42,539 bases of DNA from the IMG/VR virus record IMGVR_UViG_3300022538_000060, positions 1 through 42,539 of that record. The stretch is one strand, 5' to 3'. The position numbers and the translations under genes were made by a program. This DNA comes from a virus. Taxonomy: Duplodnaviria; Caudoviricetes. This document shows positions 25,401-35,140 of this stretch, piece by piece; the first letter of the stretch is position 1; each line of letters opens with the position of its first letter. A model generated the notes under the pieces. It did not search any database, was not told the DNA's origin, and saw only the letters and a list, made by a program, of their open reading frames with translations.

Positions 25401-26425
25401 ACGTTGCTTTTACCCATAGCGTCAAACAGTTCATCTACTTTTTTAGGATCTATTCTTCCTCTAATATCTCCTTCAAATAATAATTCATTTAGTTGTTTTA
25501 AAAATTTATCTTTTTCAGGTCTAATAGATTTATCAAACATAATCTGTGTTTCAGGAAATATGTTATCTACTTCTCTTGTGATGTTGTCTACAATCTCTTT
25601 TGCTCTGTTGAGGTCAACAGCTTTTAATGCTTCTTTGGTAGTCTCTGCATCAAATAGTTCTTGTGTTAAATTACCTCTTGGACTAAACGGAGCTCTTACA
25701 TATTTATCTAAAAATCTTGCAAACTTAGAATTACTATATGCAAGATCTTTACCTCTGTTAGCTAACAGCTTGGCTGACTTACCTGCACCATATACAAAAG
25801 GTGTAACTAATAAAGACTCAGATCCAAACTTAAGTCTGTTCAATAATTTTCTTGTAGCGTCTTCTCTACCTGTGCTTTCTTCTCTATCGAGCTGTGTTGG
25901 ACCACCTTTAAATAAATCTCCAAACGTTCCTATTTCTTCTACGTCAGCAACAAATGCTTCCCCTGCAGCTCCTCCTAATACACCGGCTGCAAATCTTGGA
26001 TATTTAGATTTTCTGTTTAAATCTTTTGCTTTGTTTAAAGCTTTCATTAACTCAGGTCCTCTTAAATTAGCATATGCACCTGCACGTCTTGCTCTTAATG
26101 CTTTAGCTGTAAGATTTCTAGCTGCTCTGTTAGCAACTTTAAAACCTATAGCACCTGGTATACCAACCTGCACGATAGCTTCTGTAAGTTTACCAATAGC
26201 TCTTTCTTCTGCTATCTCTTCAAATGGATTTAGTTTATCGAAAAATTGTTCTACGTCTGCAGCTAGGTTAGTGTCTGCACCTAAGTCGATTAGTTCTGCT
26301 CCTAATGAAAATACACCTTCAGGTATTTTTAATAAACCTGATGCAATACCGGACGCGGCTGCTGTGTACCATGCCGTATCGTTGTCTCGTTCGGCTGTGT
26401 TAAGAGGAAGAAATTCTTCGGCCAT
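22451..26425 (-). CDS. large internal virion / DNA ejection protein
   Basis: 1324 aa, helical, Ala/Gly-rich N-terminus, last of the ejection-like cluster; function by position. Confidence 0.7.
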   Translation of the reverse strand: MAEEFLPLNTAERDNDTAWYTAAASGIASGLLKIPEGVFSLGAELIDLGADTNLAADVEQFFDKLNPFEEIAEERAIGKLTEAIVQVGIPGAIGFKVANRAARNLTAKALRARRAGAYANLRGPELMKALNKAKDLNRKSKYPRFAAGVLGGAAGEAFVADVEEIGTFGDLFKGGPTQLDREESTGREDATRKLLNRLKFGSESLLVTPFVYGAGKSAKLLANRGKDLAYSNSKFARFLDKYVRAPFSPRGNLTQELFDAETTKEALKAVDLNRAKEIVDNITREVDNIFPETQIMFDKSIRPEKDKFLKQLNELLFEGDIRGRIDPKKVDELFDAMGKSNVKEESQRIIINGLENAREEFNKLVTILDDSVTGDTLKKAQTELKGLMKDRVVGWIGGTYRIFEDQGKGLFKFFRRYEPTDEAYENGINFFQKQIAQEKGDAAFKVGSNTYRQEAKAQVDSLIATVSKRKQPKALGFNDYVNKTMEGRPGADFVKEAIEGTNLPPKVIRELFGEIQDPRYSIFNAITNLSSVARTANYLTSVAAKNDQVQAAGGRGFFWGSQEAGERALDSVRTGIELVPVDDIVKELPGAGKIINPLAGKYTTKEIAEAIKSANNIAGGLQGFVRGEGKEGAEAAVSWMYRNLLLFPKGVSQLAKTVFSIPTHIRNFISAFGFAGANGNLFEPKFYTDAFREGIEKSGLLKVGAPDAAQQAAYRRLQELGVVNSQVQIGDLKALLRDIRFGEQAANVDSILNPMMGKLKRLGNFFQGKYVAEDDTFKIANFVVEQEKLRRAYTKAGIDFTAEQLEEQAANIVKNTVPNYAFVGSAVRTARLLPIGNFMSFPSEMIRTTTNIAELGINQMKHSKPTVGSNLLPVVLEVGEDGVSRLVKNDNIFYGDGFKRLLGLATFTTGVPVALTEGAKALYDVSQDELDALRRFVPEWSKNSTLIPIRDDEGELRYIDFSHSNAYDIIARPLKTLLNNIQDGQMNDKQLLAAFVSGVNESGAEIMNPFISESIWTEAVTDLTVRGGVTADGRRLYTDQTSAGDKAAIRFLHLGNALAPSYKQFVRLAQATTGTPTKTGQELDVGPEIAGFMGLRPIKVDPARSMGFKIADYQRGIRNARREFTGGYFGLLKGGPVEVNDIIKRYVQSNAARFNVQQNMFNDLNAAETLGIEDGALRRQFKDRQISEKDFRNLRSGKFEPYFPSDEIANRFREIANNLGEDNPFIEAAPVLRQINNELRQLELGEPFSIDINEYIIEPPKTPPLPSNVTSAMPNTQTITQGQQIVNETLLAGGAQTGGLTPVENALLSDEEKQIILRNRGFIT

Positions 26426-26433
26426 TTATCCTC

Positions 26434-27681
26434 CTAATTTATAAAAGGATCTAATTCACCAGCTGTACCTGGTGGTCTTCTCTCTTTTGTTTTTCTAGTA
26501 AATAAACCAGACTCAGGTTGTGTTGTTGTTCCGGTTTCAGTTGTTTCTGTAGATACTTCAGGTTCTGTAAAAGTAGAAACATCTTCAATTATTTCAAACT
26601 TGTATCCTTCTTTTGTTTTTCTTAATCTTTTAACTTTGCCATCCATAACATCAAAGTAAACTTTACCAACATCTTTGTCTTTAGCTTTTTCTAATTTCTT
26701 AGATGTGCTACCATGAAACTCACCACCTATTAAGCCACCAAAGTTTTTATCTCCAAACTTATCTATAATTTTAGATTCTATGTTTTGATTTTCAAATTTA
26801 ACTCTGTTAGATGCTTGGTTCCTGCTGCCACCGTAAGTATCTGCAAAATCTTTAACAGTAAACTGTTGTTCTGTTTCTAGTTGTTTATCTAATAGTTTTA
26901 ATTGGAATTCTTCTTTTCTAATAATTTGATCTAGTTCAAACTGTCTACCTTCTTCAATTAATTTTCTCTCGTATTCTCTTTTCTCTTCATCCTTCATGTT
27001 TTGATATGCTCTAGCTTCTTCTAGTATCTTAGCGTCATAAGCTCTCTTGTCTTCTATTTGTAACTTATCGTAAGCTCTTGCGTCTTCTAATAATTTTAAA
27101 TTATAGTCTCTTTCATCTTTAATTAAATCTTTGTTATAAAGCCTGTCATCAGCTTTTACTTTAGCAAGATAATCTCTTTCGTCTTGTCTTAAGAAATCTT
27201 GATAAGATCTATCATCAGCCTTGATAGCTAATTGAAATCTTCTGTCGTCAAATTTTTGTTGATCAGCCAAACCTAATTTAGTTCCAGCCATTCTTATATC
27301 TCTATCGTATTTAGCTTTAGCCTCTGCGTCTTTAAGCAGTTGTTGTGTTCCTGGTTGTAATCTTTGAATTGCATCAGCAAAACCTGTAGCGCCTGCAACA
27401 GATGGACCAGCTGTTAATAAGAAACTTGTTAAAGGATCCATACCACCGTATTCACCTGCACCCGCTTTTAATTCTTCTATGTATTCAGCTGTAGTTTTAG
27501 GTTGTCCAATATCTACATTAATACCTGGAGATCGAGCTGTCTCTATAGTTTCAGATTGTAAAGTATCTAACACAGGATTAGGATAACCTTCTTGCGCTTG
27601 CACTCTATCTGTAATACCGGACATGATGCCATTACCGACATTACCACCTTTTCTAAACATAGGTCTTTTAAAAGTTCTCAT
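26434..27681 (-). CDS. internal virion protein with ten 11-residue repeats
   Basis: (D/E)xRx(Y/F) every 11 aa, residues about 145-254. Confidence 0.7.
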   Translation of the reverse strand: MRTFKRPMFRKGGNVGNGIMSGITDRVQAQEGYPNPVLDTLQSETIETARSPGINVDIGQPKTTAEYIEELKAGAGEYGGMDPLTSFLLTAGPSVAGATGFADAIQRLQPGTQQLLKDAEAKAKYDRDIRMAGTKLGLADQQKFDDRRFQLAIKADDRSYQDFLRQDERDYLAKVKADDRLYNKDLIKDERDYNLKLLEDARAYDKLQIEDKRAYDAKILEEARAYQNMKDEEKREYERKLIEEGRQFELDQIIRKEEFQLKLLDKQLETEQQFTVKDFADTYGGSRNQASNRVKFENQNIESKIIDKFGDKNFGGLIGGEFHGSTSKKLEKAKDKDVGKVYFDVMDGKVKRLRKTKEGYKFEIIEDVSTFTEPEVSTETTETGTTTQPESGLFTRKTKERRPPGTAGELDPFIN

Positions 27682-27682
27682 A

Positions 27683-28543
27683 TTAAGTTCCTGGTCTGTT
27701 AAACGCTCTGTAAATACCAGCTAACGTTCCACCTGCTCCTATTGCTGTTGCTAACGGATTTGGACTTGGTTGAGCTATCTGAGTTGTTTGACCTGGATAT
27801 CCAGCGATTAAACTTGTAACTCCTTGACCATAAGTCTGAGCCGCAGTTAATGGTTGTTGTAATTGTTGTTGAGCCAACTGTTGTTGTGCTTGTAATCGCG
27901 CTTGCTCCAATGCTTGGTTCTGTGCACCAAGAGTTGTTAACGCTCCAACATCTTGACCTAAGAAAGCTTGTTGCTGTTGACCTAAACCTAATTGAGCTGA
28001 AGCTAAAGCTTGTTGATTAGCAAAAGCTTGTTGAGCTAAGTTTTGTGCTTGACCAAAACCTTGTTGTAATAATTGTGCTTGTAATGCTGCTCGGTTCCTG
28101 TCGCTTGCTTGTTGATACTCAGCTCTTTGAACACCTTCTCTACCACCACCAAATGCACCAGATCTAATAGCAGATGCTGCTAACGATGGTAAACCTTTTG
28201 CAGCCTGTACATCAAATTCTCTTAACGTCGTATCAATAACATCTTGTTGATATGGAGACATGAATTGTCTAAATGCTGTAGGTCCTGTTAAACCACCAGC
28301 TGTTGTTTGTGCCGCTTGTGCTCGATTTAAAAAAGGTTGATATGCACCAATACCTTGAGTAGCTATTCTTTGAGCTTGTGCTTGTAAAGGATCTTGACCA
28401 GCTACAAACTGCGGTCCAAATACTTTTGAAAGATCAGCAGTTTTAAATTGACCTGTTGCTGTTGCTAAATCACCTAAAGCTACTTTACCAGCTGCTTCTA
28501 TAAACTCCGGTGGTAATACTCGTGTTTGTGTTATTTCTGCCAT
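27683..28543 (-). CDS. Gln/Ala-rich DNA ejection (pilot-like) protein
   Basis: FMSPYQQDVID, GAFGGGR, Q-rich coiled coil, Gly-rich hydrophobic C-terminus. Confidence 0.7.
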   Translation of the reverse strand: MAEITQTRVLPPEFIEAAGKVALGDLATATGQFKTADLSKVFGPQFVAGQDPLQAQAQRIATQGIGAYQPFLNRAQAAQTTAGGLTGPTAFRQFMSPYQQDVIDTTLREFDVQAAKGLPSLAASAIRSGAFGGGREGVQRAEYQQASDRNRAALQAQLLQQGFGQAQNLAQQAFANQQALASAQLGLGQQQQAFLGQDVGALTTLGAQNQALEQARLQAQQQLAQQQLQQPLTAAQTYGQGVTSLIAGYPGQTTQIAQPSPNPLATAIGAGGTLAGIYRAFNRPGT

Positions 28544-29490
28544 TATGCTACCTTATTCTCTAACCTTTTCATTTGATCATATAATCTTTGTGCACCTTTT
28601 TCAATGCTACCATTACCCATTCCTCTAACAGCATCAGCTGTCATTACAAATTCATTTTTACTTAACATTGCAGGTACATCATCTGCTTTTTCTTTTATAC
28701 CCACTGGCACAAAGCCACCAGTTTCTCTGTAGTCTCTTTCAATAGTTCCTGCTTGATTAGTTCTCATAATACCTGTTGGCATTCCACCTACAGCTAAACT
28801 ATCTCTAGCTTTTTCTTGTAAAGCTTCATATTCATCATCAGTAAGTTCATCTAAATTTTTGCCAAATAACATTTGAGATAAATCATTTAATGAATCTGCC
28901 GGATCAGGTGCTGATGCCATCATCATATTTTTACCGTCTTTAAAACCAACACGTCCACCTGTTGCATATTCAGATACATTTGTTTCTACAAACTGTTCTA
29001 CTTCATCATCAGATGCATTAGGATTTAATTTACTAAAATAATCTTTTAAATAAATTCTTAATTTATCAGGGTCTCTTTTAACTTCTTCTATCTCTTCTTG
29101 TTCCATACCTTGACTGCCAAGGTAAGTTAAAAGACCACCTGCTATACCTAATTTAGTTCCTGTACCTAGATTACCAAATTTAGTTTTTAAACCTTGAAAA
29201 AAACCTTGTTTGCCAATTGCATCTGGAACTCCTGGAGTTCCAAAAACGCTTGGAAGCAAAGCTTGTATGCCACCAGTCTTACCAAAAATACTTGGAGCAG
29301 CTCCACCTAAACTTGCTCTACCTAGTAGACCACCAAACTGTGTTCCAGGTATACCAAACGCCGCCGCTCCTATTAAAGCAGCTTTACCTATTGGTGATTT
29401 AACTATTTTCTTAATAGGCTTAGTTATTTTTTTAACTAAACTCCCTAATCCATATAGTTGTCGTGGTTCCTGCATTCGTGTAATTGTCAT
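28543..29490 (-). CDS. internal virion / DNA transfer protein
   Basis: Basic then Gly-rich hydrophobic N-terminus; GGRVG; DDVPAMLS.NEFV.TADAV. Confidence 0.7.
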   Translation of the reverse strand: MTITRMQEPRQLYGLGSLVKKITKPIKKIVKSPIGKAALIGAAAFGIPGTQFGGLLGRASLGGAAPSIFGKTGGIQALLPSVFGTPGVPDAIGKQGFFQGLKTKFGNLGTGTKLGIAGGLLTYLGSQGMEQEEIEEVKRDPDKLRIYLKDYFSKLNPNASDDEVEQFVETNVSEYATGGRVGFKDGKNMMMASAPDPADSLNDLSQMLFGKNLDELTDDEYEALQEKARDSLAVGGMPTGIMRTNQAGTIERDYRETGGFVPVGIKEKADDVPAMLSKNEFVMTADAVRGMGNGSIEKGAQRLYDQMKRLENKVA

Positions 29491-29543
29491 AATTTAGCCT
29501 AAATTTTATATGTGTGGCAGGCGTACTATTCCTGAAATATAAC

Positions 29544-29572
29544 ACTTTATTTGATTTTTTTGCTATCGTCAA
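29544..29572 (-). promoter_or_regulatory. sigma70-like promoter TTGACG-N17-TAAAGT
   Basis: Upstream of the ejection genes, followed by GTGTTATAT and a CAGG/CCTG hairpin. Confidence 0.5.
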
Positions 29573-30404
29573 CCAGTTTTAAGTTGTCAAAGAACCTTCC
29601 ACAGAACTGATGCTCACCTACATGAGTTATATAGTCCATAATATATAGATAAACTTTACCACCCATATCTCTCCATCTTTGACAAAAGCCAAAGTCTTCA
29701 CCGAAATACTGTTTAGTTTCTGTGTTGTGCAAAGTATCAAAGAAGTTATAAAAGTTTGGTTTTTTAACTTCTTTACCATTAATATTGGTAGGCTGAAATA
29801 TCTCTAACTCAGGGTAATGTTTTATCATCTTCTCTAATACAGTTCTTTTAATTAACATACAGCCAGTAGGAGCATGGGTTGCTTCTACAATACCACCATC
29901 TGATGGTATGTAATCTTGGTTTTCTAATTTAATAGGAAAGGTATATCCTGGTTTTTTTAGATCATCTACACTCTTAGCTCTGTCTTTTTGTTGAAATATT
30001 TTATCCCAGTCTAATGACTTCATTGGATAGGGACATGCAATAACATCCTTATCTGCTTTTAACATTGTCTCAATAGTTCCAAAGTCAAAGTCAATATCTG
30101 AATCTATAAATAATAAATGTGTATAACCATCTTCATGGTTTAACATTTCAGCTACACATAGGTTTCTACCTTGAGTAACCAAAGATGATTTCATCAAAGT
30201 AAAACTAACTAATATCTTTCTCATCAAACAATCTTGTTGAAACTTTAACAAAGCTTGTGTGTAATGAATAGAGCATTCACTATGCACAGGAGTACAAACC
30301 ATTATCTTATGAGGTGATTTAGATTCTGGTTTAGGTTCTGATAGATCTATTGTCTCTACAACACTTTCTTCGCCAAACCATATTGGTTTATTTGGATTTT
30401 GCAT
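29547..30404 (-). CDS. GT-A fold glycosyltransferase
   Basis: SLV..GRN, LFIDSD, TGCMLIKR, GEDFGFC..W. Confidence 0.8.
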   Translation of the reverse strand: MQNPNKPIWFGEESVVETIDLSEPKPESKSPHKIMVCTPVHSECSIHYTQALLKFQQDCLMRKILVSFTLMKSSLVTQGRNLCVAEMLNHEDGYTHLLFIDSDIDFDFGTIETMLKADKDVIACPYPMKSLDWDKIFQQKDRAKSVDDLKKPGYTFPIKLENQDYIPSDGGIVEATHAPTGCMLIKRTVLEKMIKHYPELEIFQPTNINGKEVKKPNFYNFFDTLHNTETKQYFGEDFGFCQRWRDMGGKVYLYIMDYITHVGEHQFCGRFFDNLKLVDDSKKIK

Positions 30405-31335
30405 TAATCACTCCTTTTAAAAAAGTTGTCCACTGCATAGCAATCTTATTCCAGTTGTAATAAATATGTGCATAATTAGATTGTGAATCCAAGTGATCGT
30501 GTATTTGTTTTTGATCTAGCGTGTGTGATGCTTGTTCAATACCAAAACCAAACTTTTGAGCAAGAGCTCTATGGTTCTTATCGTATGGAATATACATAGG
30601 AAACTCTGCCCCTGTTTCATACAAAGCTCCATAGTCATCTACGATACAATATAAACCTGCAGCCATAGCTTCTAATAAAGATATACAAAACGTTTCTTCA
30701 AAGATACTAGGATAAACATACATATGATAATTTTTTAAATTATCTTTTATGTATTGATTAGGTTTATAACCAATGTAATTTACGTTAGGTAGTTTCTTAG
30801 CTTGCTCATACAGCTCTCTATACTCATGATCGTTTTTATCATAAAAGTCTTGACCATAAACTTCTGTGGATGAATATACATCTAAAGTAACTAAAGGATT
30901 TTTTACTAATTGCATTGCACCTAACAATACAGATAAACCACGCCAGGGTGTGTTTTGATGTATTATCTTTATAGGTTCACCTTTTATATAAGGTTTAGCT
31001 TTTTCTATTTTATCAATACCATTCTTAATAACTACAGATCTATTCGTTGGTATATCAAAATGAAATCTATATTTTTCATATGTCCAATGTGAATTAAAAA
31101 CATACCAATCGTATTTACTATGGTTAGAAAGATCACTAAACCATGGAGTTAAATTAGGTTGATCGTAAGAATTTTTTTGCCAAAGTATATTTGGTTTAGT
31201 AGGATGTAATGGTATTTTTTCTGGGACCGAAGTACATATCTGTACTTGATCTAATAAATTTTTATCAACGTATTTTTCTAAATACTCGAATTGTAATTCT
31301 GTTCCGCCTTTAGGGCTTTGGTTTTTTATTGTCAT
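30388..31335 (-). CDS. GT-B fold (GT4-like) glycosyltransferase
   Basis: GGTE, VIKNG, PWRGL, YPS.FEETFCISLLEAMAAG (E-X7-E). Confidence 0.85.
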   Translation of the reverse strand: MTIKNQSPKGGTELQFEYLEKYVDKNLLDQVQICTSVPEKIPLHPTKPNILWQKNSYDQPNLTPWFSDLSNHSKYDWYVFNSHWTYEKYRFHFDIPTNRSVVIKNGIDKIEKAKPYIKGEPIKIIHQNTPWRGLSVLLGAMQLVKNPLVTLDVYSSTEVYGQDFYDKNDHEYRELYEQAKKLPNVNYIGYKPNQYIKDNLKNYHMYVYPSIFEETFCISLLEAMAAGLYCIVDDYGALYETGAEFPMYIPYDKNHRALAQKFGFGIEQASHTLDQKQIHDHLDSQSNYAHIYYNWNKIAMQWTTFLKGVINAKSK

Positions 31336-31501
31336 TCATTACTTTCTGAAATACTTCTAAACCTTTATTAGTTACCTGCACAGTAACGTCTTGTACAATA
31401 TCAGGTCCTTCTTTCTTTTCTTTATATGTCTCTCCGGTTTTTGTATTTCTATATGTTGTTATAGTCGTACAATTTATTTTTGGTAAATTATCCGTTTTCA
31501 T
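31310..31501 (-). CDS. small hypothetical protein
   Basis: Coupled ORF in the structural operon. Confidence 0.6.
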   Translation of the reverse strand: MKTDNLPKINCTTITTYRNTKTGETYKEKKEGPDIVQDVTVQVTNKGLEVFQKVMNDNKKPKP

Positions 31502-31823
31502 TCTGTCTATCTATTAAAGCATAACTTACAGCACCTTTTATTTCATTTGCTGTACCTGCTTGTACTTTAATAACATCTCCAGCCTCTAAATTCAAGGATT
31601 CTTTTATTAAATTTTCTGTAGTTTTATTTAATTGTGCGTGTGATATTTCAACATCAGAACCACCTGATTTTTTTAAAAATAAATCTACATCAACGTTACT
31701 GGCATTTGCATGACTAGCTTGTACCATTTTGACTATAGCAACTGACGTAGTGTTAATAGTTAACACTGTAGTTAAATTAGTAGTTGTTAAATTAAACGTT
31801 TCGCTTTTATATTGTATTGTCAT
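31488..31823 (-). CDS. small beta-rich structural protein
   Basis: L.LEAGD.IKVQA pattern; structural operon. Confidence 0.65.
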   Translation of the reverse strand: MTIQYKSETFNLTTTNLTTVLTINTTSVAIVKMVQASHANASNVDVDLFLKKSGGSDVEISHAQLNKTTENLIKESLNLEAGDVIKVQAGTANEIKGAVSYALIDRQNENG

Positions 31824-31984
31824 GACATGAAATAATTAAACGCATCTTGTTCATTTTTCAAGTCTTGTTGAAAAGAAAAGTTTAATTGATTCTGTAGTGT
31901 AGTTAAAGACTCTAGTATCTGTCTTTGATTCTCTACATCGTATTCTTGTTTTGGTTCAGGTATGTAGTTTGTTACTTTAGCCAT
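31820..31984 (-). CDS. small structural-operon protein (54 aa, not in ORF track)
   Basis: TAATG and ATGA overlaps; MAKVTNYIPEPKQEYDVENQRQI... Confidence 0.7.
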   Translation of the reverse strand: MAKVTNYIPEPKQEYDVENQRQILESLTTLQNQLNFSFQQDLKNEQDAFNYFMS

Positions 31985-33948
31985 TATCTTCTACCGTCTG
32001 GTTGTGCGTCTAATCTTAGTGTTCCATATCTCCAGGTTTCACCTGTGCCATCGTTTTCTATCTTAACAGACAGTAATCTTCCTCGAGCTCGGGTATCTAT
32101 CTTATCAGTTGCTGCGGTAACTGTAAAGGGCCCTAGTGGAGAACTCACAGCTACGTCGTCTGGATAAGAACTTACAAATAAAGTAATCTGCGCATCTCCT
32201 GTTTGATATTTAAAATCAGGTATAAATCGTCTAACAGCCATAAAGAATTCACCATCTCCTCTGTAATCTGCAACACCTGTTTGTTGACCAAGAGCACTAC
32301 GTCTAGAGGTAATATCCCAATCTCCAGATCTTATAAATGCAGGAATAGCTGTGGTTGCAACGCTATTAACTTGATCTGTACCAACCTCATGTTCATAATA
32401 AAGGCTAGATCCATATTTATTAGTGATACCAAGAATATCAGGAAATACTGGTGTTGCGCTATCATCATAATCGGTTGCATAAGGATTATCAAATACACCT
32501 TGATCTGCATACGTCGTTCTATCTAGTGATGACGTTGTCCAACAGTTTTCAGAATAATTATAAGTTACGCATCTATCGATTTGTGTGGATCCAGCTTTTG
32601 GATAAAACCAATTTACTTCTGTATATAAATTATTTGATCCTGCAAATACAACATTACTTGCATTAAAGTTTAATCCAAGATTAGTGCCGTCTGTGCTAAA
32701 TACAAAATCTTCTACAAGACAAGGTAATGATTTTACTGTACCATCAAATGCAAAAAATCCACCTTGAGAACCCATCCAAAATACAATACCGTTAACGTAG
32801 ACAGCTGCATGTTGACCGATGCATCCACAGTTTGTACCAACCTGTCTAACACTAAATGTAAATGGTGGACCAACAAATTGAATAACATAAGCTGCGTTAT
32901 CCGTTATAACAAAGACATAATCTTTACCTTGAAGTGCAGCTCTTATCTCGTTTCCTGTATCTAATCTAAATGTACCTGCAGTATTTGTAGCTGTTGGTGT
33001 ATAAGTATTTAAGTCTTCTTGATTAGAAAATCTTACAAACATTGGATCTTGTGTACTAGTATCACCTATAGTTGTCTCAGTTCCAAAGTGAAATAAATGT
33101 CTATCTCTATCTGATACTAATGTAAATCTAGTAGCTGTAGGATTATTGGTAGTTGCAAAATTACTTGTAGATAGAGAGGCTCTAATAGTTCTGGCGTTTG
33201 ATGCGCCTGCATTCCATGTAAAAGTTTTACCATTAAATATAGTTGCAACTAATACTTGACCAAAGTTATCTAGACTCCAGTTTCCTGGATCCAGTACCAC
33301 AGAACTCGTAGATCGTTCCGTGCCCCAAGTTTCAACGTTCCAAGTAGATGTACCCCAACCATAACCTGTAGTTTGTGTTGTTGGTCCAACTATAACATAA
33401 GGATTAACAGTGACGGCACCTGCCGCTGTCATACCAGACCCTGATTCAACTGTTGCTGCTTGAACAGTAAACTTGTCTATATCAGGCACAGTTAAAATTT
33501 CATATACTTTTTGTAAGTCTGAAGCTGTGTAACCACTAGCTCCGGTTACAGTTACTGCAGATAAAGTTACATATCTTCCAACAGCTAATCCATGTGACCC
33601 TTTGTTAACAGTTATAGTGCTAGACCCGTTGGTTGTTGTTAAAGTTCCGCCTGTGATTGCGGTATCTAAAGGAGTAATGTCATAAAAATCATTACCATAA
33701 TATAAAAATAAACCTTGTGATGTTCCAATAGCTGAATATTTTTCACCTGCAAAACTAGAGAAAGCTACTTGTGCTCTACCAGCCCCAGGTAAAGATTTAC
33801 CACCAGCTGTTAGTTGTAGCCAACCACCTATTTTTTCAGGTAATCCATATCTAAATCTAACAAAATCACCGTCAGTCCATTGACCCTCGGCCCCTGATTC
33901 TGTGTCTTGCTTATTAAAACCGGGCTTGAAATTTAATTTTTGTAGCAT
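31984..33948 (-). CDS. tail nozzle / packaged-DNA stabilisation protein (beta-propeller)
   Basis: VRF..G.PEKIGGW start, Thr/Gly-rich beta repeats, DGRR end; function by composition and position. Confidence 0.7.
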   Translation of the reverse strand: MLQKLNFKPGFNKQDTESGAEGQWTDGDFVRFRYGLPEKIGGWLQLTAGGKSLPGAGRAQVAFSSFAGEKYSAIGTSQGLFLYYGNDFYDITPLDTAITGGTLTTTNGSSTITVNKGSHGLAVGRYVTLSAVTVTGASGYTASDLQKVYEILTVPDIDKFTVQAATVESGSGMTAAGAVTVNPYVIVGPTTQTTGYGWGTSTWNVETWGTERSTSSVVLDPGNWSLDNFGQVLVATIFNGKTFTWNAGASNARTIRASLSTSNFATTNNPTATRFTLVSDRDRHLFHFGTETTIGDTSTQDPMFVRFSNQEDLNTYTPTATNTAGTFRLDTGNEIRAALQGKDYVFVITDNAAYVIQFVGPPFTFSVRQVGTNCGCIGQHAAVYVNGIVFWMGSQGGFFAFDGTVKSLPCLVEDFVFSTDGTNLGLNFNASNVVFAGSNNLYTEVNWFYPKAGSTQIDRCVTYNYSENCWTTSSLDRTTYADQGVFDNPYATDYDDSATPVFPDILGITNKYGSSLYYEHEVGTDQVNSVATTAIPAFIRSGDWDITSRRSALGQQTGVADYRGDGEFFMAVRRFIPDFKYQTGDAQITLFVSSYPDDVAVSSPLGPFTVTAATDKIDTRARGRLLSVKIENDGTGETWRYGTLRLDAQPDGRR

Positions 33949-33971
33949 ATAGTAGCTTATATATCAGTTTT

Positions 33972-34544
33972 ATGAATAATGAAAGTTTGAAAATGAATAA
34001 AATAGAAGATGCCATAATGGTTTATAACAGTTATTTAAATAAAGATTTTTGTCAAAAGGTTTGTGAGTATATAGACAAAATGTGTGTGGATCCTTTAACC
34101 ACACATAGTGGTGATAAAGAATATAGAAAAGTACTGGGACATAGTTTAGGAAAAGAAAAAATATCTGACAAAATATATTTTAAAAGAATATATGATATAG
34201 CCTTGCGTTTTTTATATAACTATAAAATTAATTTTCCACAAGCCAATTGTGTTAAAGTAGACCAAGTAGATTTATTAAAATATAACGAGGGGGGTAAGTA
34301 TAATTATCACTGTGACAATCATGGAACTACTTCTCCTAGAACTTTAAGTATGATCATTAATTTAAATGATGAATATGAAGGTGGAGATTTAGTTTTTGGA
34401 AATCAACGTTTAAATAACGAAATAAAAAGAGTTTCCTTAAAGACAGGAAGTATATTATGTTTTCCTTCTAATTTTTTATTTCCACATAAAATAGAACCTG
34501 TAACAAAAGGAGTACGATACAGTATTGTTTTATGGCTACTATAA
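33972..34544 (+). CDS. 2OG-Fe(II) oxygenase (prolyl 4-hydroxylase-like)
   Basis: LLKY..GG.Y..HCD, LNDEYEGG, FPSNFLFPH, G.RYSIV.W. Confidence 0.85.
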   Translation: MNNESLKMNKIEDAIMVYNSYLNKDFCQKVCEYIDKMCVDPLTTHSGDKEYRKVLGHSLGKEKISDKIYFKRIYDIALRFLYNYKINFPQANCVKVDQVDLLKYNEGGKYNYHCDNHGTTSPRTLSMIINLNDEYEGGDLVFGNQRLNNEIKRVSLKTGSILCFPSNFLFPHKIEPVTKGVRYSIVLWLL

Positions 34545-35140
34545 GAAAAGACTTTAGATACAAAATAATTAAAAACTTTTTTAATAAAGAAGAAGTTAAG
34601 TTATTACAAGAATATTGTTTAGAAATTCTAGAAGACCCTTCTAAAATTCCAGATTCAACTTTATATGATGAAGGTTTTGCTATAAGTATATATAAAGATA
34701 CTTTAATGGGAACTCTTTTAAAAAGAAAATTACCTTTAGTAGAAAAAGAATCAGGATTAAAACTATTTAAAACATATTCTTATTGGAGATATTATGGATT
34801 TAATTCACATTTAGATATGCACTCAGATCGACCATCGTGTGAAATAAGTGTTACAGCATGTATTAATAAAACTGATAACTGGCCTTTAATTATTGACGAC
34901 AAAGAAATTGAAATTGATATAGGAGACGGACTTTTATATTTAGGAGTTGAAGATTTACATGGAAGACCAGGTAATTATAAAGGTGATGGAATGGCTCAAG
35001 TTTTTTTTCATTATGTAGATCAAAATGGACCTTTTACCCATCATCAAAATGATCAGTGGATGAAAGATGGGAATAACCAATTTACTAAAGAGGATGAAAG
35101 AGCTGTTTTAGAATTAAAAAAAATTAATAATCTATCTTAG
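34532..35140 (+). CDS. 2OG-Fe(II) oxygenase-like protein
   Basis: YSY.R.Y, HSDRPSCEISVT, GD...Y.G....H.R, QVFFHY. Confidence 0.8.
   Translation: MATIRKDFRYKIIKNFFNKEEVKLLQEYCLEILEDPSKIPDSTLYDEGFAISIYKDTLMGTLLKRKLPLVEKESGLKLFKTYSYWRYYGFNSHLDMHSDRPSCEISVTACINKTDNWPLIIDDKEIEIDIGDGLLYLGVEDLHGRPGNYKGDGMAQVFFHYVDQNGPFTHHQNDQWMKDGNNQFTKEDERAVLELKKINNLS

Noticed and set aside
25404-26444. 346-aa plus-strand ORF antisense to the large virion protein
   Set aside because: Ser/Leu-rich shadow in register with the real gene's codons; no SD or motif
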